A DNA stretch of 64,000 nt from a bacterium (GTDB lineage Bacteria > UBA8248): positions 2,016,001-2,080,000 of the forward strand of contig OZ244799.1 in the NCBI GenBank assembly GCA_965219955.1, in the 5' to 3' direction. The notes beneath the pieces were generated by a model. That model was not told the DNA's origin. It saw only the letters and a list, made by a program, of their open reading frames with translations, and did no database searches. Positions 28,238-38,944 of the stretch are shown here, piece by piece. Within the stretch, counting starts at the first letter, position 1; every line of letters starts with the position of its first letter. Position numbers and translations under genes: made by a program.

Positions 28238-28600
28238 CTAGTCTTTGATCTCGACGCGAATTGCTTTGAGGGGTTTGTCTCCGTGATTCTCCACAGCATG
28301 CAGGCCCTCCCTCCCCAGCCAGAAAGGAACGCCTTCTTTGCGGTCTTCGCTGATGGCGCAAGCCTCGCCCTTCTCGTTGTAATAGGTGAGTTTCGGGAAA
28401 CTCATGATGGTGAACACGCTCTCCCATTTATGCGTGTGCTCTTTTTCCAGTTCACCCGGCTGAATCGTCACCCGCAAAACGCGGACCCTTTCATTTTCGA
28501 AAATAATTTCGTGATTGTCGGGAGCCGCGATTACGGCATCCAACTCATCAGGCGTTCCGGGAATATATGGAGGCCTGCTTCCTGTAGCATTTTCGCTCAT
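28238..28600 (-). CDS. Cupin-like protein
   Basis: AAPDNH..IFENERVRVL...HTH...HAVEN.G...IRVEIK. Confidence 0.8.
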   Translation of the reverse strand: MSENATGSRPPYIPGTPDELDAVIAAPDNHEIIFENERVRVLRVTIQPGELEKEHTHKWESVFTIMSFPKLTYYNEKGEACAISEDRKEGVPFWLGREGLHAVENHGDKPLKAIRVEIKD

Positions 28601-28634
28601 TTTCTAACACTCCTATGAGATAAAAACACGTAAA

Positions 28635-29576
28635 TCACGAAAATAAGGATTTCGGCAACATGGCGTGAACCCCTTTTACCCCATTTACGATTTGAGTCAC
28701 TCGCAGATCCACGGCAAGGCTGCAAAGCGTATATGCGTCATCCCTGCTCATGCCGCGCAACTCTCCCAGAAATTTTATCGTCTCACGCAGCGCCATCTTG
28801 GCCGCGTTATCGAGAATGGGATCAAAACCCATCAGGATATAATGCGTGTCGGTTTCCGCCCGGGGATTTTCGAGGCGCATATCCTTTCTGACGATGATTT
28901 CCATCGTCCCCGAGAGACCCGTTTCGATGGCCGTCAAACAGGCCTCCCCGTCGCCCTGGCAACCATGCCCATCGCCTACGGAGAACAACGCGCCCTCGTT
29001 GAAAATCGGGAAGTAGGCGACAGAACCTGATATGAGTTCCTTGTTGTCCAGATTCCCGCCCCAGGCGCTTGGGGGATAGCTCCCCACACGGCCCATGGCA
29101 GGCGGGGGCGCCACGCCGAAGTTTCCGAAATAAGGCCTGAGAGGCACCCTGACGCCCGCGCCCCAGTCCCCCGTTTGCGCTTCCAGGTCGAGGTCCACGA
29201 TGACGGCGCGCGTATACGGGAAATCCTCCGGCAATCCCCCCATCATCGGCCTGATGGCGTTATATCCCCAGTCATAGCGCGTCTTGACCTCGTGGATGCG
29301 GACTTCCAGCACATCTCCGGGTTGTGCGTCTTCTACAGCCACAGGGCCCGTCATGATGTGGGGGCCAAGTTCCTGGGGAACTTGCGCGATGATGTCCCTT
29401 AAATTCCGGGACGCCCGGTCTCCGAGTTCCGCCAGATATTCCTCCCGGCCCGATTCCGTATGAACTTCTAGCGTGTCGCCCGAGCGAATCCTCATTACAG
29501 GCTCCAGGGAGGCGTCATAAAAACCCCAATGGACGGTATCCGGATTCGCAATCAATTCATGAGTCGCCATCAACAC
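28635..29576 (-). CDS. Acetamidase/formamidase family protein (copy 3)
   Basis: HWGFYD, HIMTGPV, GGNLDNKEL and GDGHGCQGDGE motifs. Confidence 0.92.
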   Translation of the reverse strand: MLMATHELIANPDTVHWGFYDASLEPVMRIRSGDTLEVHTESGREEYLAELGDRASRNLRDIIAQVPQELGPHIMTGPVAVEDAQPGDVLEVRIHEVKTRYDWGYNAIRPMMGGLPEDFPYTRAVIVDLDLEAQTGDWGAGVRVPLRPYFGNFGVAPPPAMGRVGSYPPSAWGGNLDNKELISGSVAYFPIFNEGALFSVGDGHGCQGDGEACLTAIETGLSGTMEIIVRKDMRLENPRAETDTHYILMGFDPILDNAAKMALRETIKFLGELRGMSRDDAYTLCSLAVDLRVTQIVNGVKGVHAMLPKSLFS

Positions 29577-30526
29577 TCTCCTCCATCAAAAATTTCTTTT
29601 GGCAGCATCGCATGAACCCCTTTGACCCCGTTCACAATCTGCGTGATGCGCAAATCCACCGCCAGGCTGCACAGCGTATAGGCGTCATCTTTGCTCATGC
29701 CGCGCAATTCCCCCAAAAACCGGATCGTCTCCCTGAGCGCCATTTTGGCCGCATTGTCGAGAATCGGGTCGAACCCCATGAGGATATGATGAGTCGGTGT
29801 CTCGGCGCGGGGCATTTTCAAACCCAAATCCTTTCGGACGATGAGTTCGATTTTCGCGGACATGCCGCATTCCAGGGCCGAGAGACAGCTTTCCCCGTCT
29901 CCCTGACATCCGTGCCCGTCACCTATGGCGAACATAGCCCCATCCTGGAATACGGAAAGGTAGACGCGAGAACCTGCGATAAATTCCTTGTTGTCCATGT
30001 TTCCGCCCCAGATTCCCGGCGGAGTGGATGGAACACGACCAAAATCGCTGGGCGGAGCTACGCCGAAGTTGCCGAAATAAGGCCTGAGCGGCACTTTCAC
30101 GCCCGCGTTCCAATCCCCCGTATTCGCTTCTTTGTCTATTTCCACGATTACCGTTCTCGAATACGGAAAATCCTCGGGCAAGCCACCCGCCAGGGGCCGG
30201 ATGACGTTAAAACCCCAATCGTAGCGCGGCCGGATATCCAGAAATCTCACTTCCAAAACATCTCCCGCCACGGCTCCTTCGACAGCGATGGGTCCGGTGA
30301 GGATATGGCCGCCCAGGTCCCTCTTGCCGCGCTCGGCGATGTCCCGCAGATTGTCAGAAGCTCTTTCCCGTATCGGAGATTCAAGAGTCCGGATCCCCGG
30401 TTCGGTGTGAATTTCGAGCACATCGCCTGAAGCGACGGTGAGAACCGGGGAAAGCCCGGCGTCATAATAGCCCCACTGGATGTTGTCGGGGTTTTGCGCA
30501 ATCACATGTTCGGCCAAGGATGACAC
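29570..30526 (-). CDS. Acetamidase/formamidase family protein (copy 2)
   Basis: HILTGPI, GGNMDNKEF and GDGHGCQGDGE motifs. Confidence 0.92.
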   Translation of the reverse strand: MSSLAEHVIAQNPDNIQWGYYDAGLSPVLTVASGDVLEIHTEPGIRTLESPIRERASDNLRDIAERGKRDLGGHILTGPIAVEGAVAGDVLEVRFLDIRPRYDWGFNVIRPLAGGLPEDFPYSRTVIVEIDKEANTGDWNAGVKVPLRPYFGNFGVAPPSDFGRVPSTPPGIWGGNMDNKEFIAGSRVYLSVFQDGAMFAIGDGHGCQGDGESCLSALECGMSAKIELIVRKDLGLKMPRAETPTHHILMGFDPILDNAAKMALRETIRFLGELRGMSKDDAYTLCSLAVDLRITQIVNGVKGVHAMLPKEIFDGGEC

Positions 30527-30542
30527 CTTATAAATATGAAAC

Positions 30543-31478
30543 TTATTCGAATAAAGATTTGGGCACCATGGCGTGAACGCCCTTGGTGCCGTTCACGATT
30601 TGGGTCACGCGCAGGTCGACCGCCAGGCTGCACAACCTGTACGCGTCATCACGGCTCATGCCCCGAAGCTCACCCAGGAACTGAATCGTCTCCCGCAAAG
30701 CCATCTTCGCCGCATTGTCGAGAATCGGGTCAAAACCCATCAATATATAGTGCGATTCCGTCTCCGCGCGCGGGGTCTTGATATCCATGTCCTTTCGGAC
30801 GGTCATCTCGAAAGTGCCGATGAGGCCCATCTCGATTCCGTTGATGTTCGCCTCCCCATCCCCCTGGCAACCGTGCCCGTCACCCACGGAGAACAAGGCG
30901 CCTTCGCTGAAAACAGGCAGATAAATCGTCGAGCCGGCCGTGAATTCCTTACAATCCGTATTGCCGCCCCACTCTCCCGGAGGAGACGACGGCACGCGCC
31001 CAAGCGCCGGAGCGGGCGCTACCCCGAAATTTCCGAAAAAAGGCCCGAGCGGCACCTTGACTCCCGCGCCCCAGTCGCCCGTTCCACTCTCCTCGTCCAC
31101 CTCGACAATCACAACCCTCGTATAAGGGAAATCCTCCGGCAGCCCACCCATCAGGGGTCTGAAGCCGTTGTAGCCCCAATCATACCGGGGTCTGATATCA
31201 CGAATCTTGATCTCCAGAACATCGCCGGGTTCGGCGCCTTCGACCGCCACCGGACCCGTCATGATGTGCGCACCGGGCCCCTGTTCCATCGTCTCCAGGA
31301 TTCGCCTCAGATTATCCGAGACTCTCTCGGGATGTTTTTGCAGAAAATCCTTGCGCCCAGACTCGGTTTTCACGACAAGCGTATCGCCGGAAGCGATCGT
31401 CATAACGGGAGCAAGAGCTGAGTCATAAAAGCCCCAATGGCTGGTATCGACGGTGGTATCCAGTTCATGCGTGGCCAA
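30543..31478 (-). CDS. Acetamidase/formamidase family protein (copy 1)
   Basis: HIMTGPV, GGNTDCKEF and GDGHGCQGDGE motifs. Confidence 0.92.
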   Translation of the reverse strand: MATHELDTTVDTSHWGFYDSALAPVMTIASGDTLVVKTESGRKDFLQKHPERVSDNLRRILETMEQGPGAHIMTGPVAVEGAEPGDVLEIKIRDIRPRYDWGYNGFRPLMGGLPEDFPYTRVVIVEVDEESGTGDWGAGVKVPLGPFFGNFGVAPAPALGRVPSSPPGEWGGNTDCKEFTAGSTIYLPVFSEGALFSVGDGHGCQGDGEANINGIEMGLIGTFEMTVRKDMDIKTPRAETESHYILMGFDPILDNAAKMALRETIQFLGELRGMSRDDAYRLCSLAVDLRVTQIVNGTKGVHAMVPKSLFE

Positions 31479-31640
31479 AGCCCTTCCTCCTCTTGACTGT
31501 TACAGCCACAGAATATCCATAGGGACATCGTCGGCATCTATGGAACCTTTGGAAGATAAAACCTGATTATCGATTGCGGATTCGCAATGGACTTTATCAC
31601 CCGCAGGTTCGAAGATCAAAAATACGCCTGTTGAATATGT

Positions 31641-32414
31641 TCAAGCAAGAACCACATCGACGAGCGCGGGCAATACATCGCCCGTTTTTCCTTGAATGCG
31701 TATGTCCGCTCTGGCGTCAAAACGGGTGGGGCCTTCGTTCACGATGATGAGGCGCGCCCCCGCTCTTCGGGCGCGCTCGGGCAAGCCGCCTGCAGGCCTG
31801 ACCGCCAATGAGGAGCCGGCGACCAGGAAAACACCGGCCTCTTTTGATGCCTCAACGGCCCGGGACAATTTTTCCGGGGATAACCCTTCCCCGAAGAAAA
31901 CGGCATCCGGCTTCAGCAGGCATCCGCAATCCTCACATTTTGGAATCACTTCACCTCCCTGAACCCGCGCGTGCACCTCGGAGCGAGGCAATTTGCTCCC
32001 ACAACCCACACAAACGCATACATGACTCGTTCCGTGCAACTCCACGATCTTGTCCGGGTCATGGCCCGCTTTCTGGTGAAGTCCATCCGTATTTTGCGTC
32101 ACCAGCAATTTCAGGTGACCGTGAAGGGACAACTGCGCCAAAGCGAAATGTCCTTTTGAAGGAGTGGCGTTTCGCACCAGATCGTACCCGTCTTGAGCCA
32201 CTTCCCAGTAACGCCTTCGTATGTCCTCCGAAGCGAGCCACCGACGAATTTCAAAATCCTTCGGGTCGAACCGATCCCAGATTCCGCCTTTGGACCTGAA
32301 ATCGGGAATACCGCTCTCGGTACTTATGCCGGCTCCGGTAAGGCATACGGTAGAGCGAGATTCCAAAACCCATGCCGCCGCTTGCTCGATGAGTTTTCGC
32401 TGGGAATCACTCAA
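31641..32414 (-). CDS. cobB: Sir2-family NAD-dependent protein deacylase
   Basis: TGAGISTESGIPDFR, TQNTDGLHQKAG, ELHG, two CxxC pairs and GSSL motifs. Confidence 0.93.
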   Translation of the reverse strand: MSDSQRKLIEQAAAWVLESRSTVCLTGAGISTESGIPDFRSKGGIWDRFDPKDFEIRRWLASEDIRRRYWEVAQDGYDLVRNATPSKGHFALAQLSLHGHLKLLVTQNTDGLHQKAGHDPDKIVELHGTSHVCVCVGCGSKLPRSEVHARVQGGEVIPKCEDCGCLLKPDAVFFGEGLSPEKLSRAVEASKEAGVFLVAGSSLAVRPAGGLPERARRAGARLIIVNEGPTRFDARADIRIQGKTGDVLPALVDVVLA

Positions 32415-32547
32415 TCTTCATCCCCGGGTTAAAATATATAATGGCAATAACAACAATGAGATGTGAAAATCAGTCGTCAGTTGATGTATGGTACGTAAGA
32501 ATGGAGCGCGTGCAAACAATAAGTGATGACTCGTGAGGGTATGACAA

Positions 32548-33816
32548 TTGTCTGACACGAAAACGCACTTGTTCAAATTCATATCGCTCTCCATCCTGTT
32601 CGCCTTCGGGATAAGCCTTTCCGGCTGCGCTGATTCCCTGCTCCCGAAGGTGAAAGAAAGCTCCGTCAAAATCCTGAAAAACGCCATTGAAGTGGAATTC
32701 ACCCAACTGACCCGTGGATTCGACCAACTCGACCAAACAGGCGACCTGGGACTTTGCGCTCCTGTGCTCTTCGGGGTGGCGCGTTATGCCGTTTATCAGG
32801 CGGTGGAGGAGAAAAGATCCGCCACCATGGCGCAACTGACCCGGTTCATCATGAGGGCGCGGGCGGCCATCAAGCGCGCGGAAGAGAAGATGCAACAAAA
32901 AAAATGTGTCGATACGGATGGCGATGGTCTCACAGACATAGCGGAATTCCGCAAGTACAAAACAAAACCAGACAATCCTGATACAGATGGGGATAAAGTA
33001 TCCGACTCTTTGGAAATCCGCCGGTACCGGACCAATCCGCTCAAAGCGGATACGGACGGCGACCTGCTCGACGATGGGGATGAAATATCACGCGGCCTGA
33101 ATCCCCTCCTCGCCGACAGCGATGGAGACGGATTCATCGACGGCATAGAAATCGCCCACCGCTCGAACGCGCGCGATCCGTGTTCTCAGCCCCTGGATGC
33201 GCAAAATCTCGACCGTATGCGCGAATGCGGGCCGAACCAGATTCACGCCAAACCGGTTCAAGTTCAATCACCGCAACAACGAACTCCGGCGCCCGAGCCA
33301 AAAATAAAACGATTCGCGAGGGAAAAAAGAAGACCCAAGGCCGTAAAGCCAAAAACGAGGCCTTCTCCCAAACCGCCGGCCGCAAGAATCCGAAACATAG
33401 AAAAAGCCAATTTCGAAAAGAAAAAACCGAAATCGGCACTTGACCGCAACGGCTCGCATCCTGCCAAAAAAAACCAGGCGATTCGAACGCGCCAGGCAAA
33501 TGCGGCTATTCCTGCAGCAAAAGAACCTCTAAAAGAAATCACCCATACGAAAAGAAATCATCTCCCCGCGAAGCCGCAGGATACGAATCAACACATCGCG
33601 AAGAAAATGAATACCGAGGGAGTAAAAATAAAATCGAACCCCGGAGAATCACCGAGCCGCGCATCTGTTACGGCTTCTCTCGTGGATAATTCTGAAAAAA
33701 CGGAAAACCCCACTACAGTTCCTTCGAAACCCGTATCTCCAAAGCCAGCGAAGAAAAAAGTGTTTCCTTCTAGACCTGAGAACTTCCCTTCCGCGATTTT
33801 CATGAGGTTGTGGTAG
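32548..33816 (+). CDS. Putative lipoprotein with Ca-binding TSP3-like repeats and a Lys/Pro-rich tail
   Basis: Lipobox LSGC; four D(T/S)DGD repeats followed by T/L-(K/N)P; low-complexity C-terminus. Confidence 0.75.
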   Translation: MSDTKTHLFKFISLSILFAFGISLSGCADSLLPKVKESSVKILKNAIEVEFTQLTRGFDQLDQTGDLGLCAPVLFGVARYAVYQAVEEKRSATMAQLTRFIMRARAAIKRAEEKMQQKKCVDTDGDGLTDIAEFRKYKTKPDNPDTDGDKVSDSLEIRRYRTNPLKADTDGDLLDDGDEISRGLNPLLADSDGDGFIDGIEIAHRSNARDPCSQPLDAQNLDRMRECGPNQIHAKPVQVQSPQQRTPAPEPKIKRFAREKRRPKAVKPKTRPSPKPPAARIRNIEKANFEKKKPKSALDRNGSHPAKKNQAIRTRQANAAIPAAKEPLKEITHTKRNHLPAKPQDTNQHIAKKMNTEGVKIKSNPGESPSRASVTASLVDNSEKTENPTTVPSKPVSPKPAKKKVFPSRPENFPSAIFMRLW

Positions 33817-33961
33817 AGTCGCTCATGATGCCCTTGGTATACAGATATGCCAGAAACTGTGCGACTATCTGGTAAGGGTGCTTCCGCCTCAAACGCAAAA
33901 TCATCGCGACGCGATTTGAATCGTTTTTCACAGCAGGAAAAGAAGAGAACAGGAGAAAATA

Positions 33962-35653
33962 ATGATAGAGCAGAAAACAGCCCTGAACCGATTTAGCCGG
34001 CGCATCACCCAACCGCCCTCACAGGCCGCCTCACAGGCCATGCTCTACGGCGCGGGGCTGGATGAAATCGACATGAAAAACCCCCAGGTCGGCATCGCCA
34101 GCATGTGGTGGGAGGGAAATTCCTGCAATTTTCACCTCAACCGGCTGGCCGAATACATCAAACAAAGCGTGAACGCCGAAAAGAAAATGGTCGGCCTCAT
34201 TTTCAACACCATCGGCGTGAGCGACGGCATCTCCATGGGAACGGAGGGCATGAAATACTCCTTACAATCCCGGGACCTCATCGCCGATTCGATCGAGACC
34301 GTCGTCGGCGCGCAATGGTATGACGCCCTGGTCACGCTCCCCGGATGCGACAAGAACATGCCCGGCTCCATCATGGCTATGGCACGGCTCAACCGGCCCA
34401 GCCTGATGGTTTACGGCGGCACCATAAGCCCGGGATTCCTCAATGGAGACAAGCTGGACGTGGTTTCCGCCTTCCAGGCCTACGGCGAATATTTCTCGGA
34501 TAAAATTGACGAAGAGCGCTTTCAGTCGGTCATCCGGCATGCCTGCCCGAGCGGCGGCGCCTGCGGGGGGATGTATACGGCGAACACGATGTCCTCATCC
34601 ATCGAAACGCTGGGCATGAGCCTGCCTTACAGTTCATCGAATCCCGCCATGAGCGAGGATAAGAAAAACGAGTGTCTCGATGTGGGAAAAGCCATTTATC
34701 ATCTTCTCGAAAACGACATCAAACCCAGCGACATCATGACGAGAGAAGCATTCGAGAACGCGATCACCATCATCATGGCACTCGGCGGCTCGACAAACGC
34801 CGTCCTCCACTACATCGCCATCGCCAAGGCTGTCGGGATTGAATTCACAATCGACGATTTTCAGGAAATCAGCGACAATACGCCTTACATCGCGGATCTG
34901 AAGCCCAGCGGCAAATTCGTCATGGAAGACCTCCACGACGTGGGCGGCGTGCCAGCCGTTCAAAAACTTCTCTTGAAAGAAGGTCTGCTCCATGGCGATT
35001 GCCTCACCGTCACGGGCAAGACGCTCGGAGAGAACATCGAGGCCTTGCCTGACCTCCATGCCAGCCAGAAAGTTATCGTACCGCTCTCGTCTCCCATCAA
35101 GAAAACGGGACACCTCCAGATCCTCTACGGAAACCTCGCGAGCGAGGGTGCCGTCGCCAAGATCACGGGAAAAGAAGGAGAACGTTTCGAAGGCCCTGCG
35201 CGATGCTTCGATTCCGAGGAAGACGCCCTAAAAGGACTGGAAGAAAACAGGGTTCAAAAGGGAGACGTCGTCATCATCCGCTATGAAGGCCCCAAAGGAG
35301 GCCCCGGGATGCGGGAGATGCTGACGGTTACTTCCGCAATCATGGGGGCCGGCCTCGGGAATGACCTGGCCCTCATCACGGACGGCAGATTCTCGGGTGG
35401 CACGCATGGGTTCGTCGTCGGACACGTTACGCCTGAAGCCCAAAGCGGCGGCCTCCTCGCGCTCATCGAAGACGATGACACCGTTTTGATCGATGCCCAA
35501 AAACGCGTCATGGAACTCAAAGTACCCGAGGAAGAGATAGAGCGGCGGCGGCAAAACTGGAGCGCACCACCGCTTAAGTTCACCAAGGGCACGCTCTACA
35601 AGTACGCCAAGTGCGTATCTTCGGCATCGGAGGGCTGCGTGACGGACGAATAG
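33962..35653 (+). CDS. ilvD: Dihydroxy-acid dehydratase
   Basis: [50 protein letters not shown] and TDGRFSGG motifs. Confidence 0.97.
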   Translation: MIEQKTALNRFSRRITQPPSQAASQAMLYGAGLDEIDMKNPQVGIASMWWEGNSCNFHLNRLAEYIKQSVNAEKKMVGLIFNTIGVSDGISMGTEGMKYSLQSRDLIADSIETVVGAQWYDALVTLPGCDKNMPGSIMAMARLNRPSLMVYGGTISPGFLNGDKLDVVSAFQAYGEYFSDKIDEERFQSVIRHACPSGGACGGMYTANTMSSSIETLGMSLPYSSSNPAMSEDKKNECLDVGKAIYHLLENDIKPSDIMTREAFENAITIIMALGGSTNAVLHYIAIAKAVGIEFTIDDFQEISDNTPYIADLKPSGKFVMEDLHDVGGVPAVQKLLLKEGLLHGDCLTVTGKTLGENIEALPDLHASQKVIVPLSSPIKKTGHLQILYGNLASEGAVAKITGKEGERFEGPARCFDSEEDALKGLEENRVQKGDVVIIRYEGPKGGPGMREMLTVTSAIMGAGLGNDLALITDGRFSGGTHGFVVGHVTPEAQSGGLLALIEDDDTVLIDAQKRVMELKVPEEEIERRRQNWSAPPLKFTKGTLYKYAKCVSSASEGCVTDE

Positions 35654-35665
35654 AGGTTGACCACG

Positions 35666-35701
35666 AAAAAAAGAGGGGAGTCGTTTGCTCCCCTCTTTTT
35701 T
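35666..35701. terminator. Bidirectional rho-independent terminator
   Basis: aaaaaaagaggggag-tcgtttg-ctcccctctttttt between convergent genes. Confidence 0.85.
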
Positions 35702-35718
35702 GTGGCTGCGGCGCCAGT

Positions 35719-36183
35719 CTACGATGCGCCGGTTTTCTTTTTACGGTCGGTGTATTCCTTGAAATATCCCGCGATAGAGGAAGCCTCCCAGTCAAAATCA
35801 ATGTCGCGCGCTTTTTGAAGCACTTCGTCTCCGCTCAGGCCTTCTTCTTCGGCCAGATGAACAAGCGAGCAAATCCCGGCTCGCCTCACGCCTTTTCAGT
35901 GAACGTAAACCAGTCCGTCTTTCCTGGCTTCACTGAGTTTTTGGTGGATTTCCGCCGATAACTCATCGCTTATGTTGTCGGCAGTCGCAGGTACATGCAA
36001 GAAGTTCATACCCAGTTCATGCGCCGCCTCTCTCTCCGCATCGGGCGGAAGTTCCGGTTCTTCCTCATCTGCGGAACGAACATTCACCAGGGTTTTTATC
36101 CCTTTATTCGCCAGACTCTCCATATCCTTCCGCCCCGGCTGGCTACCGAACACGAGATTATCCGCCAATTCGATGTAGTCCAT
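35719..36183 (-). CDS. DUF442/Blh-type (PTP-like) sulfurtransferase/phosphatase selenoprotein, Sec at codon 96
   Basis: Track ORF stops at VYVH-TGA, but the frame continues UKGVRRAGICSLVHLAEEEGLSGDEVLQKARDIDFDW...KKKTGAS-TAG (154 aa) and ends at the terminator; hairpin follows the TGA. Confidence 0.85.
35863..35886 (-). promoter_or_regulatory. Putative bacterial SECIS hairpin
   Basis: AGGCGAGC-CGGGAUUU-GCUCGCUU starting 9 nt after the UGA (35896-35898). Confidence 0.65.
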
Positions 36184-36206
36184 ACCCTTTTTCCTCGACG
36201 ATAGTT

Positions 36207-37049
36207 TCAGACTCGTTGCACCAGCTCCCGACAGCGAAGCAGGCAGGTTACTTTTTCATCTTCTCCATCACGCTTATAAATTCCAAGCAAATTGTTGAGC
36301 ATTCTCTCCAAGATACGGCGAGGAGGGGTTTCCTGTAAGAACCGCATATCGAAATGATACCCGAGTCCACGCAGAATCGCCGCGCAATCCCCCACGCTCA
36401 GGCGTTTCCCCCTATCGAAGGGGTCCAGAAAAATGGGCTCCTCATCACCTTGGTACTTCACGATAAAATGTCCCGGCATTCCGACTCCGTGAAACGGAAG
36501 TCCCAACCGTGCGCCAAGAATCAAATACAAAGCGGAAAGTGATATTGGAATGCCCCGTCTGCGCTCCAGCACACGATCCATAAAGCTGTTCTGCGCATCA
36601 TAGTAATTGTCCCGTTCGCCATCGAAGCGAAGCTCCCCGTGTAGATATTCGACGACTTCGGTGACAATGGCGTCGGCTTTATTTATACCCACCAAACGTC
36701 CACGCAAATGATTCTCCATCTTCAGCAAATCGTCTTTTTTCGTCTCCATGTTTTCGAGAGGATGGCCGAAAGACGCCAGCAAGAAGCAAGCATCCTCCAG
36801 ATCCACATCTTCAACCGAGGAAAGAGACCAGTCCGAAAAAGCGATTTCGATCTGTCTGTAATGGAACTCCATAAGCGATGACGGCAGCATGACATCGCTT
36901 ACCTCACGATTTTTCAGCATGTGCAGGAGTCTTTTCTGCTCTTTGGTCGAGAATTCCGAAACCTGTCGGTCCAAGGCCGACACCACCCGCGGTGAACCAT
37001 CATCCAACAAGCGGCAAACGGCCTCTAATTGCGAGTCACTCAACGACAA
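36207..37049 (-). CDS. SirB1 / transglutaminase-like family protein
   Basis: F.G...NYYDAQNSF...VLERRRGIPISLS, GMPGHF, FLDPF and RMLNNL motifs. Confidence 0.9.
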   Translation of the reverse strand: MSLSDSQLEAVCRLLDDGSPRVVSALDRQVSEFSTKEQKRLLHMLKNREVSDVMLPSSLMEFHYRQIEIAFSDWSLSSVEDVDLEDACFLLASFGHPLENMETKKDDLLKMENHLRGRLVGINKADAIVTEVVEYLHGELRFDGERDNYYDAQNSFMDRVLERRRGIPISLSALYLILGARLGLPFHGVGMPGHFIVKYQGDEEPIFLDPFDRGKRLSVGDCAAILRGLGYHFDMRFLQETPPRRILERMLNNLLGIYKRDGEDEKVTCLLRCRELVQRV

Positions 37050-37153
37050 AATGCCACTCCCCGGTTAGTGAGCGTCTTCCCCTATCTCAGCCATTGAAAT
37101 ATGGTATTATCATTCGAACTAATCCACAATCCGCGCTCGCCAGGAGGAATTGC

Positions 37154-38779
37154 ATGTCTACGTATGCCGACGTTGTGGCGGAAGTCCTTCAAGACGCGGG
37201 CATCGAACTCATTTTCGGGGTTCCTGGAAGTTTAAGTTCCGTCGAACTCATCGAAGCAGCGAGAAAGCGCGGCATTCGCTACATCCTCTGCAGCAACGAG
37301 AGCAGCGCGGCCGTGAAGGCGGGAACGTATGGCATCATGACGGGACGACCGGGGGTCGTGAGTACGGGCGTCGGTCCGGGGGCGGCTGCCGTTCTCCATG
37401 GCGTAGCGAACAATTTTCTCGAGCGAGCGCCGTGCCTCATTTTGACCGATCGCTTCTCCGACGAGCAGTTTCGCCGTCAAGGACGGCAAAAACTCGATCA
37501 GGATCGTTTATTTCTTCCAATCACGAAAGGTACGATCAAGCTCGCGAAAGACAACGCTTCGGTAGCCATCAGGCGGGCACTGGCTCTGGCCGTAGAAGGG
37601 AGGCCGGGCCCCGTGCATGTAGACCTCCCCTACGACGTCATGCTGGCAAACGCCGAAGAAAGCGATTTTCCACCCAAGTCAAACCCCAAAAAGTATGTTG
37701 GCCGCACCGGTTCCGCCCACCCGGGCATTACGGCAACTCTCAACGCAGTCTCGGAGTCGAAAAACCCGATAGTCATAGCGGGACTCCAGGTAAACCGCTC
37801 AGGGCGAGAGGCGGAAAAGGAGTTCGTATCTTTCGCCGAGAAACTCGGAGCGCCTGTTCTCGCCGCACCATCAGCGAAGGGCGTCTTGCCGGAACAGCAT
37901 CCCCTCGCCATGGGAACCTTCAGAGGCGCGCCTTCCGAGCGGGAATTGATAGACAAGTCGGACTTATTTCTTTTGGTAGGCTTCGATACGGTGGAAGTAT
38001 TCGCTCCCGGATTTTGGGACTACCCCCAAAAGGTGATCAATCTGGATGAAGTGCCGCATCTCGATGATTTGATTCGGCCGGAAATTGAAGTCGTCGGCCA
38101 CCTTGCCGACATCCTCAGAGAGTTGAGCGCCTCCGTCTCTTCCAGCCATGCCTGGAACACCGAGGAGATGGATTCTTACAAAAAAATGAGGCAATCCGCG
38201 TTGTTCCCTACCGGGGAAGGCTTGATGCCCGGCGCCGTTATCCGAATCGCACGGGAATACCTCCCCGATAACGGCATCATGACCGCGGATGCAGGAAGCC
38301 ACAAAGTCCTGGCCAACGACATCTGGGAGACGCGACGCCCTCTGGGTTACCTGACCTCCAGCGGACTGGGTTCGATGGCCGTTGCCACGCCGGCCGCCAT
38401 GGCCGCCAAATTAACTGAACCAGACACTCCTGTCGTTTGCCTCACCGGGGACGGGGGGTTTCTCATGCGGATTGGCGATATGGAAGTCGCCGTTCGCGAA
38501 AACATCCCCTTCGTCACCGTCGTATTCAACGACCGCTACCTGAACCTGATCAAAATCAAACAGGACAACCGCTCTTTCCCGCGTCTTGGCACCGAGTTCT
38601 GTGATTCCGACTATGCATCCGTGGCGAAAGGACTGGGTTGTGAGGGCGAGAGAGTTTCTACAGAAGAGGAATTGAAAGACGTACTCAAGCGCGCATTCTT
38701 GTCTGCAAAACCCTGGGTCATCGACGCCGTCATCAATCCCGATGGCTATGTAGGCTCAAAAGATGTTCGTGCGGAATAA
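37154..38779 (+). CDS. Thiamine-pyrophosphate-binding enzyme (acetolactate synthase-like)
   Basis: IFGVPG, GRPGPVHVDLP, GLGSM and GDGGF...FND motifs; AGGAGG RBS. Confidence 0.9.
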   Translation: MSTYADVVAEVLQDAGIELIFGVPGSLSSVELIEAARKRGIRYILCSNESSAAVKAGTYGIMTGRPGVVSTGVGPGAAAVLHGVANNFLERAPCLILTDRFSDEQFRRQGRQKLDQDRLFLPITKGTIKLAKDNASVAIRRALALAVEGRPGPVHVDLPYDVMLANAEESDFPPKSNPKKYVGRTGSAHPGITATLNAVSESKNPIVIAGLQVNRSGREAEKEFVSFAEKLGAPVLAAPSAKGVLPEQHPLAMGTFRGAPSERELIDKSDLFLLVGFDTVEVFAPGFWDYPQKVINLDEVPHLDDLIRPEIEVVGHLADILRELSASVSSSHAWNTEEMDSYKKMRQSALFPTGEGLMPGAVIRIAREYLPDNGIMTADAGSHKVLANDIWETRRPLGYLTSSGLGSMAVATPAAMAAKLTEPDTPVVCLTGDGGFLMRIGDMEVAVRENIPFVTVVFNDRYLNLIKIKQDNRSFPRLGTEFCDSDYASVAKGLGCEGERVSTEEELKDVLKRAFLSAKPWVIDAVINPDGYVGSKDVRAE

Positions 38780-38944
38780 TGAAAATTTTTTGCTTGACAC
38801 AAACCTCTCAACAACGCATGTTATACTCTATCTCGTTCGTATAGCTTAGGGGGATTGTTCATTTCCCTGTGAATCAGAGCCCAGGCAGGGGCTGGGCATG
38901 ATATCCTCGACCTCATGAGGGGTCTCCGCGCGGGAGGATTGTAG

